Origin: Candidatus Zixiibacteriota bacterium
GTDB lineage: Bacteria > Zixibacteria > MSB-5A5 > CAIYYT01
Length of the DNA stretch: 36,154 nucleotides
Assembly (NCBI GenBank): GCA_040235515.1
Contig: JBECKX010000136.1
Location: forward strand, 1 to 36,154
Direction of reading: 5' to 3'
The position numbers and the translations under genes were made by a program. Numbering within the stretch: position 1 is the first letter of the stretch; every line of letters begins with the position of its first letter. The notes under the pieces were generated by a model. The model did no database searches, had not been told where the DNA came from, and was given only the letters and a program-made list of their open reading frames with translations. Shown one piece after another: positions 26,607 through 36,154 of this stretch.

Positions 26607-28265
26607 ATGAAACGACTCATTAGAAACTTAGGAGATCAGCGTGGGTTTACCACACTGATATTCTTGACACTGCTGCTGATGTTGTCGCTGCTCGGGATCA
26701 ACGCGATTATGACATCGACGACTGATGTTGATATCGCCGGTTACGAGTTGAACAGCACCTACGCGACCTACGCTGCTGAAGCGGGTGTCGAGAAGGCGAC
26801 GGCCGAGCTGACGGCGTACTACAACAAGTTCGGGCATCCGCCGTCATCACTTCCGAACGATTCGATTCAGATGGGCAAGTATTCGGTCGTGATTACTACG
26901 GAGAAATCTGACACGACGCTGATTAAGTACATGAAAACGGGAGCGTATCGTGGGCTGTATGCGCTGACCGATCAATACACGGTGAGGGCGACCGCCCGTT
27001 CCGCCGGCGTACAGGCATCCAAGACGATCCAGGCGACCGTCGATGCGGCGCTGGTACCGATTTACCAGTTTGCCGTGTTTTACGAGCAGGACCTTGAAAT
27101 CGCCCCCGGCCCGCCGATGACGCTGGGTGGACGTGTTCACTCGAACAACGACATGTATCTGCAATCGAACGATAAGCTCTACCTTGACTCTTACACGACC
27201 GCGGCAGGCAACATCTTCCATGGTCGCCACCCCGAATCTGGTGAGAGCACCAGCGGTGGTGATGTGATGATCAAGGATGACAACGGCAACTACCAGGCGA
27301 TGAAAAACTCCGATGGCACCTGGCTTGATTCCGAAGAGGATGACTGGGTAAACGAGTCGATCAGTCGCTGGGGCGGCCGAGTCGAGGATAGCGACCATGG
27401 CATGACCGACCTTAAACTCCCGGTAGTCGCATCAGGTGAACCGATGGATATGATCGGCGAGAGCAACGGCGGCAGCAATCCGGATAGTTACGAGGACAAG
27501 GCCGGGTTGAAGATCGTGGGTGGACAGGTTTATTTCCGTGAACCCGATTCATCGTGGTCGAATGTTACATCCGACTTTATCAGCGACGGTATTATCACGA
27601 GCAATAGCTTCTACGACGGACGCGAGAGTGAGAATGTGACTTCGCTTGATCTTGATGTCGGCAAGCTGGGTTCATCATCCTACTGGCCGGAAAACGGCAT
27701 CATCTATGCGTCAAACGATGGTGGTGGATTGACGGGAACGCGCCTGGTGAACGGCGCACAGCTTCATGATCGTCTGACGGTGGCATCCGCCGATCCGGTT
27801 TATACTCTCGGTGATTACAACACGGTGAACAAGAAGGCTGCCTCGATCATGTCTGACGCTCTTACGATTCTCTCCAACGATTGGGATGACAGCAAGAGCA
27901 CCTGGTCGCGTGACAGCCGTAGGGCGGCGGAGACTACGGTCAACGTGGCCTACATGACCGGCAACAAAGCTTCCGCCGATGGACACTACTCAGGTGGTTT
28001 CGAGAACCTGCCGCGCTTCTTAGAGAACTGGAGCGGCGTCGATTTCAACTGGAAGGGTTCGGCTGCGGTGCTGTGGGAATCTGAGGAAGCCAACGGCAAT
28101 TGGGGCGGCAGCTACTATACTCCCCCGAATCGTAAGTGGGAGTTCGACTCAGACTTCCTCGATCCGAACAACCTGCCCCCGGGTACGCCGCTGATTTCTA
28201 TCGTGAAGAAGACTTCCTGGCGTGAGATCGTGCCCGACTATGCAGCGGTTGATGAAGAGGGCTAG
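26607..28265 (+). CDS. PilX-like minor pilin with large C-terminal domain
   Basis: QRG/FTTLI (no Glu5, typical of PilX/GspK); ATYAAEAGVE; GRVHSN; GGFENLPRFLENW..YYTPPNRKWEFD..LPPGTP. Confidence 0.85.
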   Translation: MKRLIRNLGDQRGFTTLIFLTLLLMLSLLGINAIMTSTTDVDIAGYELNSTYATYAAEAGVEKATAELTAYYNKFGHPPSSLPNDSIQMGKYSVVITTEKSDTTLIKYMKTGAYRGLYALTDQYTVRATARSAGVQASKTIQATVDAALVPIYQFAVFYEQDLEIAPGPPMTLGGRVHSNNDMYLQSNDKLYLDSYTTAAGNIFHGRHPESGESTSGGDVMIKDDNGNYQAMKNSDGTWLDSEEDDWVNESISRWGGRVEDSDHGMTDLKLPVVASGEPMDMIGESNGGSNPDSYEDKAGLKIVGGQVYFREPDSSWSNVTSDFISDGIITSNSFYDGRESENVTSLDLDVGKLGSSSYWPENGIIYASNDGGGLTGTRLVNGAQLHDRLTVASADPVYTLGDYNTVNKKAASIMSDALTILSNDWDDSKSTWSRDSRRAAETTVNVAYMTGNKASADGHYSGGFENLPRFLENWSGVDFNWKGSAAVLWESEEANGNWGGSYYTPPNRKWEFDSDFLDPNNLPPGTPLISIVKKTSWREIVPDYAAVDEEG

Positions 28266-28344
28266 TCGCCAAGCGGTGAGTAGCATGAGATAATAATGCT
28301 GCACTTCCATTCCGGACGACGACTCCGGAAGTGGTGGAGCGAAC

Positions 28345-28390
28345 GAAGAGGCGAAGAACATGATCACGTTCTTCGCTTCTTCTTGTTTGT
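28345..28390 (+). terminator. Intrinsic terminator candidate for the pilin operon
   Basis: GAAGAGGCGAAGAAC-(8 nt)-GTTCTTCGCTTCTTC 15-bp stem (one G-U) followed by TTGTTTGT, between convergent genes. Confidence 0.65.
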
Positions 28391-28530
28391 ACCTGTTCTG
28401 ATGCTCTTGACTTAGTTGGCGTGGGCGTACTTTACCGGATGGTTCTTTGCATGATGAGATGGTGAGGGGGCGATGCTGCGGCGCAGTGCGAGGCCTCTGG
28501 ATTGTGGCGGAATGGGAAGCGGTGGACGAG

Positions 28531-29988
<1,458 letters not shown>

Positions 29989-30030
29989 GCTGCTCCTCTA
30001 TTCTATTGTCGGCGAATAGAGGAGAGTTAT

Positions 30031-31392
30031 TTACCCATCCTTGGAGATTTTATACTTCTCCAGCAGGTCGTAGAGGGTGGTGCGGCTGGTACCGAGTTCC
30101 CGCGCGGCTTTGGAGACATTGTAGTTGTTGCGCTGAAGCGCGGCGGTGATATGTTTCGACTCTGCCTGCTCACGGACTTCCTGCAGAGTTTTCCGTGAAC
30201 CGCCGACTCGCTCTTCGAAACCAAGGTCAGCCGAAGAGAGGCGGTTGCCGTCGCAGAAGATCACGGCGCGCTTGAGCCGGTTCTCCAACTCGCGTATGTT
30301 GCCCGGCCAATTGTATTGGCGCAACGCGTTGAGCGCGGAGGTCGAAAACTTGAGATTGGTTTTATTGTTTTCGCGCGCATAATTCTGAAGCAATCGTGTG
30401 GCGATCAGGATAACATCATCCTCACGATCGCGCAACGGCGGCAGCTCGATATTGATTACTGAGAGGCGATAGAAGAGATCCTCGCGGAAGGTACGCTTCT
30501 CAACCTCTTCCTTCAGAGAGCGATTCGTGGCGGCGATCACACGGACATCGAGCGGGATGCCCTCCTTGCCGCCGACGCGCTCGATAATCCTATCCTGCAG
30601 AAACCGGAGTAATTTAACCTGCAACGCCAGGGTCAACTCGCCGATTTCATCGAGGAAAAGAGTGCCATCGTGCGCCAACTCGAATTTGCCGACTTTCTGC
30701 GAGATGGCGTCGGTGAATGAACCCTTCTCGTGTCCGAACAATTCTGATTCGAGCAGGGTCTCCGGTATGGCGCCACAGTTGATGGTGACAAACGGCTTTC
30801 CTGCGCGATCAGAGCGGCTGTGGATCGCTTTGGCGATCAGCTCCTTACCGGTACCAGACTCGCCGGTGATCAGCACGGTGTAAGCGGTTTCCGCGACGGT
30901 CTCCACGATCTTGAAGATCTTCCGCATCTGGGATGACTCCCCGACGATTTCGGGGAAACTCCCCTTCTCCGCCAGCTGGGTGGTCAGGCGGGAGTTTTCG
31001 AGTTCGAGTGAGCGCAGGTACATCGCCCGCTTGATAATGATTCCAAGCTCCTGCAGATCGATCGGTTTGACGTAGAAATCGAAAGCCCCCTGCTGCACCG
31101 CTGCGAGCGCGTTTTCTTTCTCACCGTTACCGGTGACCATAATCACCTTGAGCAGAGCATCGATTTCAAGCAGTTGTGGCAGGAGATCGAGGCCTTCCTG
31201 GCTGCCGGAGAATGGTGAGAGTGCGATGTCAAGCAGGACGACATCGGGTCGCTGCTCCTGCACGGCAAGGAGAGCTTCCCTGGCGTTGGATGCCAGGCTG
31301 ATCGAGTAGTCATCCTCCAGCGCGAGAGAGAGCTGGTCGCGGATTCCCTGCTCATCATCCACTATCAGTAATTTCTGTAACCTGTCGTTCAT
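30031..31392 (-). CDS. prsR: PrsR-like (PEP-CTERM-box type) sigma-54 response regulator
   Basis: LLIVDDE..VVLLDIAL..EGL..KVIMVTGNGEKENALAAV..GAFDFYVKPID; ELFGHEKGSFTDA; YNVSKAARELGTSRTTLYDLL; directly after a PrsK-like kinase. Confidence 0.8.
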   Translation of the reverse strand: MNDRLQKLLIVDDEQGIRDQLSLALEDDYSISLASNAREALLAVQEQRPDVVLLDIALSPFSGSQEGLDLLPQLLEIDALLKVIMVTGNGEKENALAAVQQGAFDFYVKPIDLQELGIIIKRAMYLRSLELENSRLTTQLAEKGSFPEIVGESSQMRKIFKIVETVAETAYTVLITGESGTGKELIAKAIHSRSDRAGKPFVTINCGAIPETLLESELFGHEKGSFTDAISQKVGKFELAHDGTLFLDEIGELTLALQVKLLRFLQDRIIERVGGKEGIPLDVRVIAATNRSLKEEVEKRTFREDLFYRLSVINIELPPLRDREDDVILIATRLLQNYARENNKTNLKFSTSALNALRQYNWPGNIRELENRLKRAVIFCDGNRLSSADLGFEERVGGSRKTLQEVREQAESKHITAALQRNNYNVSKAARELGTSRTTLYDLLEKYKISKDG

Positions 31393-31475
31393 ACTGTATT
31401 GTCTTGGCTCGCTTCCGACTCAATACGGTTTGCGATTTAGCGGCCCGTCGCGCACCGGGTGCAGTTGTCGCCTGT

Positions 31476-33542
31476 TTACGGCCGCGAGAGACGGACGGTA
31501 AAGCGACTGCCCTTCCCCTCCTCGGAAACGACGGTCAGTTCGCCGCCCATCTGTTCTACGGAATCGCGCGACTGAAAGAGTCCGATTCCGAGTCCGCCAT
31601 CCTTGCTGGTCTGGAATGGACGGAAGAGGCGGGTACGGATGAAATCGCTGCTCATACCGACTCCGGTATCGCTGACGGCCACTCTGTAGCTTCTATCGTC
31701 CGACTCGATAGTGACCGTGAGCTTACCGCCTTTCGGCATCGCCTCCACGGCATTGATCAGGAGGTTCGTGAGAACGCTCCTCAGTTTTTCCTCGTTGGCC
31801 AACACGATTGCTGATTCGGGAAGTGTCCTTATCAGCGTGATGTGGTCGCGGTCGGCCAGCTTCAATTCATCAGTCAAATCTATCAAAATCTTAGTAAGAT
31901 CGCAATTGGACAGCGCAACCTTCTCGTCGGCCTTTGGCGCGGAGAGTCTGTTAATCAGCCGTCGCATGCGAGTCTGGGCGCCCTGCAGGGTATCCATCGT
32001 GACACGCTGAAAACGCGGATCGTCGGCTTTCCTTTCGAAGTTCTGGATCACCATCGAGAGCATCGAGATCAGGTTCTTGACGTCGTGAACGACGAATGAC
32101 GAGACTTTGGTGAAGGAGGCGAGCTCGCGAGCTTCCAGCAACGCCTCTGATTGTTGTGCGCTGATCAGCGAGAGTGCCAGCTGGTGTGAGGTCGACTCGA
32201 TCAGGAAGCGGACGTCGGCGCGCGGCTGTTCTTCACCGATGCAGGTAACGAAACCGGCGAGTTCGCGGCGGGCGACCAGCGGGATTATCAGTGAGCCGAG
32301 TTTGTCATCGATGAACTTCTGCTCTACCTCGGTGGTACCGGCGAGGTCTGACCAGAAGTCGTGCGCGGAGGTCACCCGACCGGCACGCAGGAGCCATTCA
32401 TACACGTTGCTCAGTTCGTACGAGACTGCCTCATAGGCGGGAAAGGCCTGGTAAAACTTCTTGCTCTTCGGGACACAGAGGAAGATGCTCACGGATTTCA
32501 TATCGCATTTTTCGGTCAGCAACTCGGCAAAGGCGCGATACATCTCGTTGACATCAGTGGCGGCGGTGACATCCTCAGAGAAGCGTGAGAGTTCGGTGGC
32601 GACATCGACGCGCGAGCCATACATCGAGCGGTAAAGCGCGCGGTTGACTCGTTCTCTGATTGATCCGAGCAGTGGCAACGCCACGAGGATTACAACGACG
32701 AAGATGGCAGCCAGAACGGAGAGGAATACTTTCGGGCTGCCGCCAAGCGACAGCAGAGCTTTTACGACCACGCCGATGACAATCAGGTAGGCGCCTACCA
32801 GCAACACGGCGACCGAGGAGTAGACGGCTTCACGTGAGACGACGACGCCCTGCCCCGCTTCATCCTCAAAGACGACAAAGCGCGAAAGTGCTACGAGGGC
32901 GGCGATCATGAGTAGCGCGGCGAGCTGGATGCTGACAAAGTCTACCCGCGAGTAGAGTAAACCGAGCGTTGTAGAGACAACGGGAACGACGAGTGTCAGG
33001 GCCGAGAGGATCAGCGGGAAGATGAGGCTGCGTCGCAAGGCGCCGGAGGAGGCACGAAAGGTATTCTCGATCTGGAGCAGGCCGAAGGTGAATGCGATCG
33101 TGTAGAGGAACAGCAGGTACTTGCCGGCGGTGGTGATAAAGAAATAGTTGGTGCCGCTGTCGTCGACTGCAAGCTCGAAGTAGCTGACGAAGAAGCCGGA
33201 GATCGAGGCGGCCAGCAAGAGCGCCATGATGACAAAGATGGTGAAGGATCTGCTGCGAATGAAGCTGGTTACCGGTTCACGCGCGAAAAAGGCCAGGAAG
33301 AGGAGCCAGGTTCCGATGGTCGCCGAGGCGGTGGCGGTCAGAAGCCCATGCTGCCAGTCACCCACCTGTTGCACGCGTGGGATGATAGCGATGAACACGC
33401 CCCACATGACGGCAGAGGAGGCGCTGGCGAGAACGAAGAGATTGGCGCTGAGCTGGCGCGAGCTTCTAACGAGAACGAAAATCGTGGTGAAGAATGCCGC
33501 GAACCCGGCACCGACCTCGGCCAGATCGAACAGCGTAAACAT
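31476..33542 (-). CDS. prsK: PrsK-like membrane histidine kinase (multi-TM, GAF, HisKA, HATPase)
   Basis: About 8-9 TM helices; QIENTFRAS; H-box FTKVSSFVVHDVKNL; NLLINAVEA; DTGVGMS..FIRTRLFRPFQTSK; GLGIGLFQSR. Confidence 0.85.
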   Translation of the reverse strand: MFTLFDLAEVGAGFAAFFTTIFVLVRSSRQLSANLFVLASASSAVMWGVFIAIIPRVQQVGDWQHGLLTATASATIGTWLLFLAFFAREPVTSFIRSRSFTIFVIMALLLAASISGFFVSYFELAVDDSGTNYFFITTAGKYLLFLYTIAFTFGLLQIENTFRASSGALRRSLIFPLILSALTLVVPVVSTTLGLLYSRVDFVSIQLAALLMIAALVALSRFVVFEDEAGQGVVVSREAVYSSVAVLLVGAYLIVIGVVVKALLSLGGSPKVFLSVLAAIFVVVILVALPLLGSIRERVNRALYRSMYGSRVDVATELSRFSEDVTAATDVNEMYRAFAELLTEKCDMKSVSIFLCVPKSKKFYQAFPAYEAVSYELSNVYEWLLRAGRVTSAHDFWSDLAGTTEVEQKFIDDKLGSLIIPLVARRELAGFVTCIGEEQPRADVRFLIESTSHQLALSLISAQQSEALLEARELASFTKVSSFVVHDVKNLISMLSMVIQNFERKADDPRFQRVTMDTLQGAQTRMRRLINRLSAPKADEKVALSNCDLTKILIDLTDELKLADRDHITLIRTLPESAIVLANEEKLRSVLTNLLINAVEAMPKGGKLTVTIESDDRSYRVAVSDTGVGMSSDFIRTRLFRPFQTSKDGGLGIGLFQSRDSVEQMGGELTVVSEEGKGSRFTVRLSRP

Positions 33543-33544
33543 TG

Positions 33545-34381
33545 CTATTCTTCAACGGTTTGCATGAAGAAGCGGACGACGGCTCCGGTCGTGAAGAAGT
33601 TGACAACTGTCAGCAGGAATGCCAGCAGAACAGTCATCCAAATGAGAACCTCGGGATTGAACTTGGTGATGATCGTTCCGGTGTTTTGCAGCGCATAGAT
33701 CAGCGGCAGCAACACTACCTGGGGTAGTCCCACGAGGAATAGCGTAGTGAAAAAGTTGCTGAAGAATATCCGGAAGCTTCCGGTAAAGGAACCACCCAAC
33801 CCGCGATCGGTCAGTATCAGGAATGGAATGACATAGATGAAGAGTGACCTGAGCAGGACCGACAGCCCCTGCATGCCGACAGAGAGTGCGGCGATGCGTC
33901 GCGGTGAGCCCTTGGCCCAGTCACTAAAGAGTTCGGGCAACCACATGAACAGAAGATAAATCAGGATGAACACCAGGATCCAGACGATGAGGAGCTTGTG
34001 GTACTGGCGAAACGCCACTCTGAGCGATTCCGAAAAGGAAATCCGCTCCCGCTGCCAGAACGCGACAAACATCAACACCGCCGCTGCAGTGACGACCGAC
34101 TCGATCAGCAGCGACGGGACGAGGTTCATGCGTTCGAACGCGAGGGGGAGAAGAGCCAGATGCTGCGGGTAATGGACCACGTTCTCGGTGGCAACCAGCT
34201 TCATCAACGGCACCATGAAACCGGAGAGCAGCCCCGACCACATATTGGCGGCCGCAAAGATCAGTGCCAGCATGACCAGGAGCACTATTAGAAACGGTGG
34301 CCAGAGCCGGATGTTGAAGAGACCCACCACAAGTCTGCCGTAGGTCGAGAGGAAGAAGTTTATCCCTTCGAGCAATCTCAT
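33545..34381 (-). CDS. Polytopic membrane protein of unknown function
   Basis: About 6-7 hydrophobic segments; 2-3 bp gaps to both neighbours. Confidence 0.8.
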   Translation of the reverse strand: MRLLEGINFFLSTYGRLVVGLFNIRLWPPFLIVLLVMLALIFAAANMWSGLLSGFMVPLMKLVATENVVHYPQHLALLPLAFERMNLVPSLLIESVVTAAAVLMFVAFWQRERISFSESLRVAFRQYHKLLIVWILVFILIYLLFMWLPELFSDWAKGSPRRIAALSVGMQGLSVLLRSLFIYVIPFLILTDRGLGGSFTGSFRIFFSNFFTTLFLVGLPQVVLLPLIYALQNTGTIITKFNPEVLIWMTVLLAFLLTVVNFFTTGAVVRFFMQTVEE

Positions 34382-34384
34382 AAG

Positions 34385-35944
34385 TTATGGATTGGGACCT
34401 GACACCTGATTGGACGCCGGTGACTTGGCACCAAAGCGGTCATACACGACGACGACGTAGTTGTAGACCGTACCCTGATTTACATTGTTATCCGTGTAGC
34501 TATTGGAAGTACGGCTGGTGACCACGCCGATCAGGTTGTCGTTGTTATTGATATTGACGGTTGCCGAAGTTGACCGGAAGATACGATACGATTCGAAATC
34601 ATCCTCATCGCTCACGGTCCAACCGAGCGTGACGCTGGTACTGTCGTCATCGGAGACGAAGAGCGTGACGGCGGCAGGAGCTTCGTTGGCGAAGGTCTTG
34701 GCCGTTACTTCGTTACTTTTGCTCATCAGCCCCGACGCATCGACCGTGTAGACGGCATAACGGTATGTCGTATTAGGATCGAGGTCGGAGTTGTTGAACG
34801 TGCTATTCGATGCTGAAGTGATCGTGGAAACCAGTTCATCATTCGTTGATACGCTGGCTGTCCGGGAGCGAAACACGAGATAACGGGCGAAGTCTGAGGC
34901 TTGTGATCGTGTCCAGCTCAGATCGATTTCAGTCTCGGAGACCACGTAAGCGGTCAACGCAACCGCATTCGGCGGGTTGGCGATATTGATGAAGGTGGTT
35001 GCATTTCGCGGCGTCGCCGAGTTGCCGGCGGCGTCGGTGAAATTCGCTTTGACGACAGCGTCGACGACATCGACGGCACCCGGTACCGTGTAGAGCGATT
35101 GGTAGATGCCATCCTCGAACGATCCGGTGATGTTCGGATCGACGTCGAGAAGTTCGATATTCCCGAGACTTCCGACATCGACGGAGGCCTTGCCCCCTAC
35201 TTCTCCGGCGTCAACCGTGAAGAGTATCGTGCTGCCGGCTGTCAGAGTTTGTCCGTTCGAGTTCTCCGTGACGGAGAGAATCGAAGCCCTGGTATCGAGG
35301 ATGATCTCGTCGCTGACACCCTCCAGGGTGACGTTGTTTTCGGCGTCACGAAATGCGGCATAGACCTGTTTGGTTCCGTCACCGCTGGTGAGTTCCCAGG
35401 ATTTGCTGGCCGCAAACGAGGACCACTGCGCAGTCGTCAGATCAGCCTGGTTGCCGAGCTTGACGAAGCGTGTCCCGGTCGGCGCAGTCAGGTTGACAGT
35501 GACGTTGCGAGTATTGGTATAGGTGGCGCCGTTGGATATCTGGATCGAGAAGACGTTGGGAGTAGCCGATACGGGGCGCGAGAGTTTACTCTCGAGTCCA
35601 TTGGTTCCGATCGACGAGACCTGGTAGATATAACGCAGCCCGTTACGCAGATCAGAGTCAACGTAGTTGGTAGCGGTGGTCGAGTCGATCAGGTCTAGCG
35701 CAGTAGAACTGGTGTCGCCACGATAAATCATAAAGCGATTAATCTGCGCTGCGCTGGAGATCGTCCAGGTCAGACGCACCTGGCCGTCGGCCACGAGGGT
35801 CTGTAATCCCTGAGGCGTTTCCGGAGCACCAGCGATTTCGTCAGTCTTTACAGGCTCGGTGATTTCCTGCGAGCAGCCGGTGAGAATCAACGCCAGCAGC
35901 GCGGCGATCACGACAAGCAATTTGAGTAGATCGGTATGGCGCAT
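34385..35944 (-). CDS. Lipoprotein with fibronectin type III domains
   Basis: Lipobox LILTG/C; three FN3-like units (VRLTW..YIYQVSS, IDLSW..YRYAVYTVD, VTLGW..YNYVVVVYD); central ISNGATYT..GDGTKQVYAAFRD module. Confidence 0.88.
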   Translation of the reverse strand: MRHTDLLKLLVVIAALLALILTGCSQEITEPVKTDEIAGAPETPQGLQTLVADGQVRLTWTISSAAQINRFMIYRGDTSSTALDLIDSTTATNYVDSDLRNGLRYIYQVSSIGTNGLESKLSRPVSATPNVFSIQISNGATYTNTRNVTVNLTAPTGTRFVKLGNQADLTTAQWSSFAASKSWELTSGDGTKQVYAAFRDAENNVTLEGVSDEIILDTRASILSVTENSNGQTLTAGSTILFTVDAGEVGGKASVDVGSLGNIELLDVDPNITGSFEDGIYQSLYTVPGAVDVVDAVVKANFTDAAGNSATPRNATTFINIANPPNAVALTAYVVSETEIDLSWTRSQASDFARYLVFRSRTASVSTNDELVSTITSASNSTFNNSDLDPNTTYRYAVYTVDASGLMSKSNEVTAKTFANEAPAAVTLFVSDDDSTSVTLGWTVSDEDDFESYRIFRSTSATVNINNNDNLIGVVTSRTSNSYTDNNVNQGTVYNYVVVVYDRFGAKSPASNQVSGPNP

Positions 35945-35946
35945 CT

Positions 35947-36153
35947 TTAAAACTCCAACTTCCCGCTCAACTGCACACCATCACCGGTGATGTCGGGAGC
36001 GAAGCTGAGGTTTGCACCGGAAATCTGAATATTGTAATCGGGGAAAAACAGCAACGCATCAAGGATATTGTACACCCAATACCCGGCGAGGATGGCTGCG
36101 CCGATATTGCGGGCGCGTTCAGCGTCATAAGCAGATTTCTGAGTATCGTACAG
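35947..36153 (-). CDS. Partial (3' end) DUF5683-like membrane protein
   Basis: Not in the ORF track; manual translation LYDTQKSAYDAERARNIGAAILAGYWVYNILDALLFFP..GVQLSGKLEF*; stop lies 2 bp before the next ATG. Confidence 0.65.
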   Translation of the reverse strand: MYDTQKSAYDAERARNIGAAILAGYWVYNILDALLFFPDYNIQISGANLSFAPDITGDGVQLSGKLEF

Positions 36154-36154
36154 C

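Noticed and set aside
28407..28433. TTGACT..TACTTT as an antisense promoter into the regulator gene
   Set aside because: The spacer is only 15 nt and there is no other support.

Overview
GC-rich bacterial chromosomal window. The Cys-flanked tandem dockerin-like C-terminal tag on the 805-aa secreted protein suggests candidate phylum Zixibacteria or a relative (inference). Four parts: (1) 1-3600, an accessory stretch with a mosaic of several palindromic REP-like elements, a small DUF6504/ImuB-C-like gene, and a secreted SBBP beta-propeller/dockerin gene that sits with its own promoter between the small gene and a decayed duplicate of that gene's 3' end. (2) sthA, divergent from the conserved cluster rimP-nusA-infB-DUF503-rbfA-nrnA-truB-ribF-rpsO-pnp-M16 peptidase-polysaccharide deacetylase, followed by asnS-leuS and a convergent mscS. 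(3) A type IV minor-pilin operon (pilV-like, two pilW-like paralogues, large pilX-like) behind a sigma-54 -24/-12 motif. (4) A convergent, tightly coupled operon: DUF5683-like (partial), FN3 lipoprotein, polytopic membrane protein, PrsK-like kinase, PrsR-like and a second NtrC-family sigma-54 activator. The best candidate for an undescribed system is the (3)+(4) pairing; the gene-end duplication and the repeat mosaic come next. No rRNA, tRNA, CRISPR array, transposase, integrase or reverse transcriptase was seen. All family calls come from motif recognition by eye, not database searches.
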